From: Geobacter sulfurreducens PCA
Lineage (GTDB): Bacteria; Desulfobacterota; Desulfuromonadia; Geobacterales; Geobacteraceae
Length of the DNA: 32,000 nt
Reading direction: 5' to 3'
NCBI RefSeq assembly: GCF_000007985.2
Contig: NC_002939.5
Location: forward strand, 1,710,001 to 1,742,000
In this document: in pieces, positions 15,660-27,993 of the stretch
Position numbering within the stretch: position 1 is the first letter of the stretch
Layout of the letters: each line of letters begins with the position of its first letter
Position numbers and translations under genes: made by a program
The notes under the pieces: generated by a model
The model's database searches: none
The model's input: the letters and a program-made list of their open reading frames with translations, nothing else
What the model was told of the DNA's origin: nothing

Positions 15660-16535
15660 TTGAAGATACGGCTGTTCCTGATAATAACCTTCGTATTGAG
15701 TTGGGGTATGACCTGGACCTATTTCGGGCTGGGAGGAAGAGTCTCCCAACCGCTTTTCTACGTCATATCGGTAGCTGTCATGTTTACACCGTTCCTGGCG
15801 GCTCTCGTCGTGCAACGACTTGTCTGCCGGCAGCCATTTTTAGGGCCACTGGGGTTGGTCGTGCGCCCGAACCGTTGGTATGTGGCGGGTCTGTTCGTTC
15901 CGCCGCTGCTTGCAATGCTTTCTGCAGCCGCAAGTTTGCTGGTCCCCGGGGTAACACTAAGCGCAGACATTTTTGATGCGAATATCATGAAGACTCTGGG
16001 AGAAGCCGTCCCTTCCGAACAAATGGCCCAGGTGCGCCGGCAGATCGCCAGTCTCCCACTGCATCCGGCCTGGTTGATCCTGGTTGGGGGGACGCTTGTT
16101 GGTGCCACGGTCAACGCTGTTGCTGCATTAGGGGAAGAAGTGGGCTGGCGCGGTTTACTGTATATGGAACTCGCCCATCTCGGATTCTGGCGGTCCTCCT
16201 GGCTGATTGGGCTAGTCTGGGGAGCCTGGCATGCACCTATGATCCTCAACGGGTACAACTATCCTGGCCATCCCGTTGCGGGCGTAGCACTCATGGTGGT
16301 ATGGGCAATACTTTTTTCTCCGCTCATCGGGTATGTGCGCAGCAGGACTGGGTCGGTTGTTGCTGCGGCGATGATGCACGGCAGTCTGAACGGCGTAGGC
16401 ATGGCCCCGGCCGCCATTTTGACCGGCGGCGACAGCCTGACCACCGGCATTCTCGGAATTCCGGGGATTGGTGTGCTGACAGTCCTGAATGTCTGCCTGT
16501 ATTTCTTTATTGGTAAGAAAGGTGTGTCCGGATGA
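15660..16535 (+). CDS. CPBP family intramembrane glutamic endopeptidase (CAAX protease/Abi)
   Basis: Multi-TM protein with motifs EEVGWRGLLY (EExxxR) and MMHGSLN. The start is uncertain: TTG 15660 has GAGGG upstream, and the ORF is open from 15612. Confidence 0.8.
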   Translation: MKIRLFLIITFVLSWGMTWTYFGLGGRVSQPLFYVISVAVMFTPFLAALVVQRLVCRQPFLGPLGLVVRPNRWYVAGLFVPPLLAMLSAAASLLVPGVTLSADIFDANIMKTLGEAVPSEQMAQVRRQIASLPLHPAWLILVGGTLVGATVNAVAALGEEVGWRGLLYMELAHLGFWRSSWLIGLVWGAWHAPMILNGYNYPGHPVAGVALMVVWAILFSPLIGYVRSRTGSVVAAAMMHGSLNGVGMAPAAILTGGDSLTTGILGIPGIGVLTVLNVCLYFFIGKKGVSG

Positions 16536-16798
16536 CTGAAATTTTTCCCCAGCAACTCATCGAGGCATTAGTAGCCCGGGAGATCGCTGATGCGACGTTA
16601 CCTTTTGGAATTGTCCAGGGGCACAATGGTGGTGGTCCGGGATACCAGGCAAGCGTCTTCCACCTTCGCGCTTCGGAAGACAGGACGATGACCGTCTGTG
16701 CCATGTGCGCCAGCGAGTGCCCCGGTCTGGCGGAACGCCTTGTCTTCGGGGTCTTTGCTGAACTGACGGGGTGTCGGGCAGCAAGAACTGCCGAATGA
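16532..16798 (+). pseudogene. 88-codon ORF resembling only the C-terminal end of a beta-lactamase-family serine hydrolase (possible gene remnant)
   Basis: The ATG overlaps the CPBP stop (ATGA). GHNGGGPGYQASVFHL resembles the C-terminal GHxGGxxG region of class C beta-lactamase/esterase folds. No SxxK-bearing N-terminal part is present. Confidence 0.35.
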
Positions 16799-16860
16799 AT
16801 GCCGGTGACAGGCGCCGGTTTCGGAGGGGATTCAATGACACAAGGGAAAGGGACGACAGG

Positions 16861-17589
16861 ATGACTTCGGTACAGAACCATTATGACCGGCTACTCGGCC
16901 CACTCTACGGCTGGATGCTGGGAGATGGGGAAAAAGCCAGGGAAAGGGCCCGTCAGGAGCTGCATGATGCGGGAATTTCAGCGGGTGATGGCCTGGCGGT
17001 CGATCTCGGCGCCGGCAATGGCCTGCATGCCGTCCCCCTGGCAGAGTCGGGCTATGCGGTGGTGGCGATCGACACCTGCCAGTCGCTGCTGGATGAACTG
17101 AGAGAGTCATCCGGGACGTTTGCCATCACCGCGGTACGGGACAGCCTCGAAACGTTCCGGCGCCATTGCCCGACAGCACCTGACGTGGTCGTCTGCATGG
17201 GTGATACGCTGACGCACCTCCCATCCCGGGAAGCGGTACAGGGACTCATCTCCGAGGTGGCTGCTTCCCTGGCGCCAGGGGGGATCTTTGTCACGACCTT
17301 TCGCGATTATGTAAGGGGGGTTCTGGAAGGGCCGGCCCGTTTCATCCCGGTGCAGAGCGATGAAGAGAAAATTCTGACCTGCTTCCTCGAATACGGCCGG
17401 GACCGGGTAATAGTGCACGATATACTCCACACTCGCGCCCTGTCAGGGTGGGAGATGACCGTGAGCGCCTACCCCAAGGTCAGGCTCGACCCGGAATGGG
17501 TCGGTGCTCAACTTGGGCAACGGGGCCTGCAGGTCTGCACAGAGCCCGGCCAGCGCGGGATGGTGCGCATCGTGGCGCGGAAAATCTGA
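16861..17589 (+). CDS. Class I SAM-dependent methyltransferase
   Basis: Motif I is VDLGAGNGLHAVPLAESGYAVVAIDTCQ. Post-I and motif II-like segments follow (VVCMGDTLTHL). Confidence 0.85.
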   Translation: MTSVQNHYDRLLGPLYGWMLGDGEKARERARQELHDAGISAGDGLAVDLGAGNGLHAVPLAESGYAVVAIDTCQSLLDELRESSGTFAITAVRDSLETFRRHCPTAPDVVVCMGDTLTHLPSREAVQGLISEVAASLAPGGIFVTTFRDYVRGVLEGPARFIPVQSDEEKILTCFLEYGRDRVIVHDILHTRALSGWEMTVSAYPKVRLDPEWVGAQLGQRGLQVCTEPGQRGMVRIVARKI

Positions 17590-17613
17590 TTAGAATACTC
17601 AATAGAGGAGATC

Positions 17614-18420
17614 ATGAGAAGACTTGAAGGCAAGATTGCGCTGGTCACCGGCGCGGCAAGGGGGATAGGGGAGGCGATTGCCCGTGCCTTCGCAACCGCC
17701 GGGGCATTTGTCTATCTGACAGACATCAATGATGCACAGGGAGCGGTCGTTGCCGGACAAATAGGAGCGGAAGCGGCCTATCGCCGCCTGGATGTCCGGG
17801 AGGAGGCTGACTGGCAGTGTGTCACCACGGAGATTACCGGCCGGCATGGCAGGCTCGATATTGTGGTCAATAACGCGGGGATAACCGGCTTTGAGGACGG
17901 AATGGTCGCGCACGACCCTGAGCATGCCAGTTTGGACAGTTGGCATGCAGTACATCGGACCAATCTCGACGGTGTCTTTCTAGGATGCAAATATGCCATC
18001 CAGGAAATGCGCAGAACAGGTACCGGGTCGATCATCAATATTTCGTCGCGTTCCGGGTTGGTCGGCATACCCGCCGCTGCCGCCTATGCGTCGTCCAAGG
18101 CTGCTGTGCGCAACCACACCAAAACGGTCGCACTCTATTGCGCGGATCAGGGCCTTGCCATTCGCTGCAACTCTCTGCACCCTGCCGCAATTCTCACCCC
18201 CATGTGGGAACCCCTCATTGGGCCGCCGGGGGCGGAGCGGGAGCAACGGATGAAGGAATTCGTTTGGGATACGCCGCTCAGGAGGTTCGGTACTCCGGAG
18301 GAGATTGCCGCAGTGGCTCTCCTGTTGGCCTCGGACGAGGTCACATACATGACCGGCAGCGAAATAACCATTGACGGAGGAATCCTTGCTGGTTCGGTGG
18401 CAAGGCCGAGTGTAGATTAG
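17614..18420 (+). CDS. Short-chain dehydrogenase/reductase (SDR) family oxidoreductase
   Basis: GAGGAG lies upstream of the start. [12 protein letters not shown] is the cofactor-binding motif. NNAG is present. YASSKAA provides the catalytic YxxxK. Confidence 0.9.
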   Translation: MRRLEGKIALVTGAARGIGEAIARAFATAGAFVYLTDINDAQGAVVAGQIGAEAAYRRLDVREEADWQCVTTEITGRHGRLDIVVNNAGITGFEDGMVAHDPEHASLDSWHAVHRTNLDGVFLGCKYAIQEMRRTGTGSIINISSRSGLVGIPAAAAYASSKAAVRNHTKTVALYCADQGLAIRCNSLHPAAILTPMWEPLIGPPGAEREQRMKEFVWDTPLRRFGTPEEIAAVALLLASDEVTYMTGSEITIDGGILAGSVARPSVD

Positions 18421-18805
18421 CCCGTTACCTGGTATCGTGAAGATGTTTTATGGTTTGGTTGGCCAGTTTCGCCTCGACAGACTGGAGTATTCAACATGCT
18501 TTCCCCTGTTTCTGGGGACACACACCCTTTAAGGACTGACCAAACGTTCGGGATGGGAGTGACATGTTTAGTTGTTTCTAAGTGGTAAATCTCTGCGAAC
18601 TTCATTTATACCCAAGTAGAAGAGGGGGATGCTATGTCCGCTTGCCCCAAATGCAATTCCGGTAATGTGCAGACCTTCAAAATGGCTTGTGTTGATGGCA
18701 GCTAAGCATGGGCACAGGCATGACAAAACCGTGCAGAAATAGCTTGGAGAGTGGGTGTTTGGTTGAGGGTGTGGTTTAAGGGGCAGGTTTTAACTGATTG
18801 ATATT

Positions 18806-18842
18806 AAAATAAAAAACCAGCCAAGTTTCTTTGCTTGGCTGG
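18806..18842 (-). terminator. Rho-independent terminator after tRNA-Val (possibly bidirectional)
   Basis: CCAGCCAAG (18817-18825) pairs with CTTGGCTGG (18834-18842). On the minus strand this is followed by TTTTTTATTTT. Confidence 0.7.
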
Positions 18843-18852
18843 TGGTGTTTTC

Positions 18853-18927
18853 TGGTGGGCGCTACTGGGATTGAACCAGTGACCCCTGCCGTGTGAAGGC
18901 AGTGCTCTCCCGCTGAGCTAAGCGCCC
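18853..18927 (-). tRNA. tRNA-Val (anticodon CAC), CCA end encoded
   Basis: The reverse complement is GGGCGCTTAGCTCAGCGGGAGAGCACTGCCTTCACACGGCAGGGGTCACTGGTTCAATCCCAGTAGCGCCCACCA. The acceptor stem is 7 bp. The D arm is GCTC/GAGC. The anticodon stem is CTGCC/GGCAG with loop TTCACAC. The T arm is ACTGG-TTCAATC-CCAGT. Confidence 0.9.
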
Positions 18928-19075
18928 GTCAAAAAGTAGAGCTGACTTAATATCAAATGCCGTCAATGATGTCAAGGGCTGATTTCTATGGGAAGTGAGG
19001 AGCGGCAATCGACCCAGTCAATGAAGGCATGGTTTCACTGTCGCTAAAAACCCGTTATACTTCCATGAATACGGC

Positions 19076-19105
19076 TTGACAGCGCGCTGAGGCTGTTGTT
19101 ATAGT
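19076..19105 (+). promoter_or_regulatory. Putative strong sigma70-type promoter of the cobO operon
   Basis: TTGACA (19076-19081), an 18-nt spacer, then TATAGT (19100-19105). This leaves a leader of roughly 115 nt before ATG 19225. Confidence 0.55.
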
Positions 19106-19224
19106 CCGTGCCTGTTCTTTATTGAGAATAAAACGGGAGGCGGTTTTGATGGACGGCTTGGCTGCTCTGCCATGATGGTGGCGGATTACGACCCGGGTGT
19201 CCGGCCTCCGCAGGAACGAATCCA

Positions 19225-19755
19225 ATGAAGCTCGACCAGGGATGTATCCAGGTGTACACCGGCAACGGCAAGGGCAAGACCACGGCGGCATTGGGGCTTG
19301 CCTTCCGGGCGGCGGGACGAGGATTTCAGGTTCTCGTCATCCAGTTCATGAAGGGAGGGGGCCCCTACGGCGAGCACGAGGCGGCCAAGCGTCTGGCCCC
19401 GGAGCTGACCATCATCGCCACCGGCCGGCCGGGCTGGGTGAATCGTGAGAACCCCGACCCTGAAGATGTACGTCTTGCCCGCGAGGCGCTCAATATGGCT
19501 CGTGAGGCGCTGACCAGGGAGCACTACGATCTGGTGATCCTCGACGAAATCAACGGCGCCGTCTCGTTCGGCCTCATTCCGGTTGATGACGTTCTGGAAC
19601 TGATGACCCTGAAGCCACCCCGGGTGGAACTGGTCCTCACAGGGCGCAATGCCGATGAACGGGTCATCGCCGCCGCCGATCTGGTCACCGAGATGCGTGA
19701 GATCAAGCACTATTACCGTGCCGGCGTACCGGCACGTACGGGAATCGAAAAATAA
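19225..19755 (+). CDS. cobO: Cob(I)yrinic acid a,c-diamide adenosyltransferase (CobO/BtuR type)
   Basis: [26 protein letters not shown] contains the P-loop. It is followed by [10 protein letters not shown] and LVILDE. Confidence 0.9.
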   Translation: MKLDQGCIQVYTGNGKGKTTAALGLAFRAAGRGFQVLVIQFMKGGGPYGEHEAAKRLAPELTIIATGRPGWVNRENPDPEDVRLAREALNMAREALTREHYDLVILDEINGAVSFGLIPVDDVLELMTLKPPRVELVLTGRNADERVIAAADLVTEMREIKHYYRAGVPARTGIEK

Positions 19756-19766
19756 AGGAGATGGTC

Positions 19767-20171
19767 ATGACTGAAAGAACGCTGCGTATTCTCGTTGGCA
19801 AGCCGGGGCTCGACGGCCATGACAGGGGTGCCAAGGTAGTGGCCCGGGCCTTCCGTGATGCCGGTTTCGAGGTGATCTATACCGGCCTCCACCAGACACC
19901 GGAGCAGATCGCGTCCTCCGCCATCCAGGAAGACGTGGACGCCGTGGGGCTCTCGATCCTCTCTGGCGCCCACAATTCGCTTCTGCCGCGCGTCTGCCAG
20001 CTCCTCAAGGAGAAGGGTGCCGACGATATCATCGTGTTCGGCGGCGGCGTGATCCCCGAAGATGATATTCCCGGATTGAAAGGAGCGGGTGTCAGCGAGG
20101 TCTTCACCCCCGGTACCTCTACGGAGGATATCGTCAAATGGGTGCGGGAGAACGTGGCCCCGCGGGCGTAA
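19767..20171 (+). CDS. Cobalamin-binding small subunit of an acyl-CoA (methylmalonyl/isobutyryl-CoA-type) mutase
   Basis: AAGGAG (19755-19760) lies 6 nt before ATG 19767. The DxHxxG B12-binding motif occurs in [13 protein letters not shown], with SILSGAH and FGGGVIP downstream. Confidence 0.85.
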   Translation: MTERTLRILVGKPGLDGHDRGAKVVARAFRDAGFEVIYTGLHQTPEQIASSAIQEDVDAVGLSILSGAHNSLLPRVCQLLKEKGADDIIVFGGGVIPEDDIPGLKGAGVSEVFTPGTSTEDIVKWVRENVAPRA

Positions 20172-20257
20172 CCACCATTATTTCCGGCGTCGTGGCCGCC
20201 CTGCCGGGGTTCTGCCGCGCAGCCGACGTTGATTGATTTTCTGGAAGGAACCTGACG

Positions 20258-21217
20258 ATGTCCCTGGCTTCTCGGATACTCGACGGTGAGTTGCGTGCCG
20301 CTGCCCGACTCATGCGCAACCTGGATGACGGTTTTCGTAGTGCCGTCGACGACATGAAGGAACTCTATTCCCACACCGGGCGCGCGTTCATTCTCGGCAT
20401 CACTGGCCCCCCGGGAGCCGGCAAGTCGACGCTGGTGGACCAGCTTACCGCCGCATACCGTGAGCAGGGGAAACGAGTTGGAGTGGTAGCGATCGACCCC
20501 ACGAGCCCTTTCACGGGGGGAGCCATCCTGGGAGACCGGATCAGGATGAACCGGCATGCCGACGATCCGGGTGTCTTCATCCGCAGTCTCGCCACCCGAG
20601 GCCACATGGGAGGGCTTTCCCGCTCCACCGCCGATGTGGTGAACGTCATGGATGCCATGGGGATGGAGGTCGTCATCATCGAAACCGTGGGGGTGGGGCA
20701 GGATGAAATCGATATCGTCCGGCTGGCCCACACGACGGTGGTGGTGTCGGTGCCCGGGCTTGGCGACGATATCCAGGCGATCAAGGCCGGGGTCCTGGAG
20801 ATCGGCGACGTGTTCGTGGTGAACAAAGCCGACCGGGACGGCGCGGACCGGACCGCCCGTGAGCTGGCGGCCATGCTTGAAATGAAGAAGACCGTGCCGG
20901 GCGACTGGCTGCCCAAGGTCATGATGACCGAGGCGAGCCGCAATCGGGGAATCGCCGAACTGGTAGACGAAATAGCGCTTCACCGCTCATGGCTGGCAGA
21001 TTCGGGAACACTGGAGCGCATCCGCCAGGAACGGTCCGTTCGCCATTTCGAGGAGTTGCTTCGCGAGAGGCTTTTTGCGGAAGTTTTCGGCCATATCCGG
21101 GTGAACGGCCGCTACCGGGAAATTGTAGAGGCCATGGCATCCCGCCGCACCGACCCCTACAGCGCCGTGGACGCCGTGATCTCGGAGCGCCTCGGAACTC
21201 CTTGCCAAGAATCTTGA
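20258..21217 (+). CDS. meaB: Methylmalonyl-CoA mutase-associated GTPase MeaB (ArgK family)
   Basis: The P-loop is GITGPPGAGKSTLV. IIETVGVGQ and VVNKADRD (NKxD) are also present. Confidence 0.9.
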   Translation: MSLASRILDGELRAAARLMRNLDDGFRSAVDDMKELYSHTGRAFILGITGPPGAGKSTLVDQLTAAYREQGKRVGVVAIDPTSPFTGGAILGDRIRMNRHADDPGVFIRSLATRGHMGGLSRSTADVVNVMDAMGMEVVIIETVGVGQDEIDIVRLAHTTVVVSVPGLGDDIQAIKAGVLEIGDVFVVNKADRDGADRTARELAAMLEMKKTVPGDWLPKVMMTEASRNRGIAELVDEIALHRSWLADSGTLERIRQERSVRHFEELLRERLFAEVFGHIRVNGRYREIVEAMASRRTDPYSAVDAVISERLGTPCQES

Positions 21218-21295
21218 CCCGGTGTGCCAATCATGCTAGTTTCACGTAAGAATTCAATGGGGCGACAGCCCCTTTCTTTTTTCCCGGGACCTACC

Positions 21296-22162
21296 ATGAT
21301 CCGCAGATTGGCTGTTGTCATCGCACTCATCATCCTCGCCGCCATCGTTGTGCACGAGCCGGAAATCACGGCCGAGCCGGCGGCTTCTCCTCTGGATCCG
21401 GCCAAGGAGGACCTGTCGCGGGTGGACTATCCGAGCCAACGAGATTTGGATTGGTATCCCCGCTTCATCAGGCCCAACGACTCGCTTGAGTCGCTCTTCG
21501 GCGACGATTGGGTCTACATCGCCCGCTTCAACCGCATCGACCGTCGCCACACGTATCCCGGCATGACCATTAAGGTGCCGCGGGACATGGCGGTCGCCCG
21601 CGCGTACACGCCGCTGCCGAAGGAGTACGAACCGGCCAAGCGCTATGCAAAATATATTCTGGTAAGCCTCACCGAGCAGTGGATCGGGGCCTATGAGCGG
21701 GGAACGCTGAAGTTTTCCATGCCGGCGGCAACCGGCAAAAAGGGAAACGAGACTCCGACGGGGCTTTTCCGGATTGATGCCCGGGATCGCACCCATACCT
21801 CATCGCTTTACCAGACTGATGACAACTCAGCCCAGTATCCCATGGACTATGCCATGAGGTTTTTCATCGATAAGCAGAACGTCGGGTACTGGATTCATGC
21901 CCGCGACCTGCCCGGAAAGCCGGCCTCCCACGGCTGCGTGGGGCTTTTCGACGAGCCTATGCAGAACAGGATGTACGGCATCCCCGCGCGACCCGTGCTG
22001 CATGATTCAAAGAAACTGTATGATTGGGCCGTCGGCGAGGCCGATCATGGCCCCGACAGCGGCACTATTGAGCTTATCGATGGGGGACCCGTCGTGGAGG
22101 TGATCGGCGAGAATCCGGTCTACCAGCCTGCTCCGCTGCGTCCCATGGTTGCTACGCGTTAG
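21296..22162 (+). CDS. L,D-transpeptidase (YkuD family) with LysM-like N-terminal region
   Basis: The signal anchor is MIRRLAVVIALIILAAIVV. The LysM-like segment is SLESLFGDDWVYIARFNRIDRRHTYPGMTIKVP. The catalytic motif is HARDLPGKPASHGCVGL. Start uncertain: no clear RBS, and the ORF is open from 21224. Confidence 0.85.
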   Translation: MIRRLAVVIALIILAAIVVHEPEITAEPAASPLDPAKEDLSRVDYPSQRDLDWYPRFIRPNDSLESLFGDDWVYIARFNRIDRRHTYPGMTIKVPRDMAVARAYTPLPKEYEPAKRYAKYILVSLTEQWIGAYERGTLKFSMPAATGKKGNETPTGLFRIDARDRTHTSSLYQTDDNSAQYPMDYAMRFFIDKQNVGYWIHARDLPGKPASHGCVGLFDEPMQNRMYGIPARPVLHDSKKLYDWAVGEADHGPDSGTIELIDGGPVVEVIGENPVYQPAPLRPMVATR

Positions 22163-22216
22163 CCCGAGCAGCATTCAGTCCTTTACTTTTACCGAGGCTG
22201 CGGCACACTCTTTCCC

Positions 22217-24859
22217 ATGGATGTTATTACCACCCACGTGAACGCCGATTTCGATTGTCTCGGCGCCATGGTCGCGGCCAGTAAACTCTACCCCGACGCC
22301 CTTATGGTCTTCTCCGGTTCCCAGGAAAAGAGCATGAGGGATCTCTTCCTCAAGACAACCGGCTACGCACTCCCCTTTACCCGGCTCAGGGATGTGGATT
22401 TTTCCGATATTACGCGACTGGTTCTCGTAGATTGCCAGCATACCTCGCGTATCGGCCGCTTTGCGGAGGTTGCACGTCGACCCGGCGTCGAGGTCCATAT
22501 CTACGACCACCATCCCGGCTCCAGCGGCGACATCAGGCCGAGCGGCGGAGAGATCCGCGATTGCGGCTCGTCCACGACTATTCTGACCCGAAAGCTCATG
22601 GAGCAGGGCATCGAGGTGACCGCTGTCGAGGCTACCCTCATGATGCTGGGCATCTATGAAGACACGGGCAACTTGACCTTTCCTTCCACCACCCCCGAAG
22701 ACTATGCCGCAGCATCCTGGCTCCTGGAGCGGGGAGCCAACCTGAATATCGTGTCGGATTTCGTCTCTCAGGAGCTGACTGCCGAGCAGGTTGCGCTTCT
22801 GAACGATCTGCTGAAGTCCCTGCGCAGTACGCCGGTGAACGGGGTCGACATCGCCGTTGCCCATGCCACTCTCGACCACTATGTGGGCGACATTGCGGTT
22901 CTTGCCCACATGATGCGCGACATGCAGAACCTGGACGCGATCTTTCTCGTGGTTGGAATGGGGGAGAGGGTCTACCTGGTGGCGCGCAGCCGCATTGCCG
23001 AAGTCGATGCCGGCGCTGTCATGCGCGTCTTCGGCGGGGGAGGGCATGCCACTGCTGCGGCTGCCACGGTAAGGGACCAGACCGTAATCCAGGTTTTGGG
23101 TCGTCTCAACAGACTTCTGCCCGAGCTGGTAAACCCTGTCAGGACAGCCGCTGACCTCATGTCATCGCCGGTGATTACCCTGCCCCTTGCCACGACCATC
23201 ACCGAGGCGCGGGAGATACTCACCCGTTACAATGTGAATGCCATGCCGGTCATGGACGGGGAACGGATGGCGGGGATCATCTCACGCCGGATCGTGGAAA
23301 AGGCGCTCTATCACGGTCTCGGCAACCTGCCCGTGGACGAATACATGCACACGGAGTTTCTGCGGGCCGCTCCCGACACCCCGATCAACGCTATCCAGGA
23401 CTATATCGTCGGCCAGCATCGGCGGCTGGTACCGGTATTCAGCGGTGAACGGCTCGTGGGGGTCATAACGCGGACTGATCTCCTGCGGTATATGTACACC
23501 GGCACGCAGCGCAACGCCGAACCGGTCTATGACCTGGGAAGCGAGAACCTGCCGGTGCGGCGGCGCGAGGTGGTCCATCTCATGAACAGGCACCTGCCGC
23601 GCCCGACGGTCGCCATGCTGCGCGACCTTGGCAAGGTGGGGGATGAACTGGAGCTGCCCGTGTACGCAGTCGGTGGTTTTGTGCGGGATCTGCTTCTGGG
23701 GGCAGAGAACGACGACATCGACGTGTCGGTGGAAGGCGATGGCATCCTGTTCGCCGAGACCGTTGCGAATCGCGTGGGATGCCGGGTGAAAAGTCACGCC
23801 AAATTCGGCACCGCGGTTATTGTCTTTCCTGACGGACTCAAGGTGGACGTCGCGAGCACACGGCTCGAATACTACGAAACGCCGGGCGCCCTGCCCACGG
23901 TGGAGCGTTCGTCGCTCAAGATGGACCTGTACCGGCGTGACTTCACCATCAACACCCTGGCGGTGAAGCTCAACGCGGAAGGGTTCGGTACCCTGATCGA
24001 CTACTTCGGCGCCTATCGCGACCTGCAGGAAAAGACCATCCGGGTGCTCCACAACCTGTCCTTTGTCGAGGACCCGACCAGGGTGTTCCGGGCTATCCGC
24101 TTCGAGCAGCGTCTCGGATTCCCGATCTCGCGACACACGGAAAATCTCATCAAGAACGCGGTGAAAATGGGATTTTTGGACAAGCTGGGGGGGCGGAGGC
24201 TGCTGAACGAACTGGTGCTGATCCTTCGGGAGCGGGAGCCGGTCAAGGCCATCCTCCGGATGTCTGGGCTGGGGCTTCTCCGGTTCATTCACCCGGACCT
24301 GGTCCTGGCGCCCAACACCCTGCAGGTGCTGGACGAGGTCAAGAAGGTGATCACCTGGTTCGATCTCCTCTACCTGGGCGAGAAGGTCGAGACGTGGGTG
24401 GTGTACTTCCTGGCGCTCACCTCGAGTCTGCCGGACGAGGGGTTCTGGGGAACCTGCACGCGGCTTTCCGTATCTGAGCACTACCGGGAAAAACTCATCG
24501 ATATGAGAGTTCACGGCGAGCAGGTCCTGGAGGTCATGACCCGCAAGGCGGCCCGTCGGGAGGATGTGCGCCGCAGCGATATCTACTTCTGGCTCAGGGG
24601 GCTCTCTCCCGAAGTGCTGCTCTACATCATGGCGAAAACCCGGAGTGATGAGGTGAGACGTTACGTTTCCCTGTACGTGACCCAGTTGCGGGGCATCGTT
24701 ACCCATATTACCGGCGATGACCTCAAGACCTTGGGAATCCCTTCAGGGCCGCGATACCGGGAGATCCTCGACCGGGTCCTTACCGCCCGCCTCAACGGCG
24801 AAGCGGCAACCCGCGACGACGAGATGCGCATTGCCGTGCGTCTGGCGGATTCGGCCTGA
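22217..24859 (+). CDS. DHH/DHHA1 - tandem CBS - class II tRNA nucleotidyltransferase/poly(A) polymerase fusion protein (880 aa)
   Basis: DHH motifs are NADFDCLG, VLVDCQH and YDHHPG. The DHHA1 motif is GGGGHATAA. Two CBS repeats span about 23150-23500. The nucleotidyltransferase head is AVGGFVRDLLLGAENDDIDVSVEGD, with RRDFTINTLAV and EDPTRVFRAIRFEQR. Confidence 0.85.
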   Translation: MDVITTHVNADFDCLGAMVAASKLYPDALMVFSGSQEKSMRDLFLKTTGYALPFTRLRDVDFSDITRLVLVDCQHTSRIGRFAEVARRPGVEVHIYDHHPGSSGDIRPSGGEIRDCGSSTTILTRKLMEQGIEVTAVEATLMMLGIYEDTGNLTFPSTTPEDYAAASWLLERGANLNIVSDFVSQELTAEQVALLNDLLKSLRSTPVNGVDIAVAHATLDHYVGDIAVLAHMMRDMQNLDAIFLVVGMGERVYLVARSRIAEVDAGAVMRVFGGGGHATAAAATVRDQTVIQVLGRLNRLLPELVNPVRTAADLMSSPVITLPLATTITEAREILTRYNVNAMPVMDGERMAGIISRRIVEKALYHGLGNLPVDEYMHTEFLRAAPDTPINAIQDYIVGQHRRLVPVFSGERLVGVITRTDLLRYMYTGTQRNAEPVYDLGSENLPVRRREVVHLMNRHLPRPTVAMLRDLGKVGDELELPVYAVGGFVRDLLLGAENDDIDVSVEGDGILFAETVANRVGCRVKSHAKFGTAVIVFPDGLKVDVASTRLEYYETPGALPTVERSSLKMDLYRRDFTINTLAVKLNAEGFGTLIDYFGAYRDLQEKTIRVLHNLSFVEDPTRVFRAIRFEQRLGFPISRHTENLIKNAVKMGFLDKLGGRRLLNELVLILREREPVKAILRMSGLGLLRFIHPDLVLAPNTLQVLDEVKKVITWFDLLYLGEKVETWVVYFLALTSSLPDEGFWGTCTRLSVSEHYREKLIDMRVHGEQVLEVMTRKAARREDVRRSDIYFWLRGLSPEVLLYIMAKTRSDEVRRYVSLYVTQLRGIVTHITGDDLKTLGIPSGPRYREILDRVLTARLNGEAATRDDEMRIAVRLADSA

Positions 24860-24895
24860 CAATCGCCGGAGCCCAGCGCAGGCGCAGTGTGTGGT

Positions 24896-27954
<3,059 letters not shown>

Positions 27955-27993
27955 TGTGTGTGGTTCCTCCGCATCCTTGGATTACCACAGGCG

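Noticed and set aside
18633-18704. A 23-codon ORF, MSACPKCNSGNVQTFKMACVDGS, with a purine-rich RBS. It looks like the first knuckle of a zinc-ribbon protein.
   Set aside because: It is too short to support as a gene and has only one CxxC pair before the stop. It is more likely a truncated remnant. It is mentioned only as context for the tRNA-adjacent region.
18928-19224. A possible cobalamin riboswitch in the cobO leader, given the B12-related downstream genes.
   Set aside because: I could not find a B12 box (AGYCMGGAGACCKGCC-like) or the GGGAA...GGUG.AA.UCC core. Only generic hairpins are present. This is left as a check for a covariance-model search, not a call.
22190-22216. A sigma54-like element CGGCAC-N5-TTCC just before the DHH-CBS-nucleotidyltransferase gene.
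   Set aside because: The -12 GC is not conserved (TTCC). The element abuts the ATG, leaving no room for a 5' UTR.
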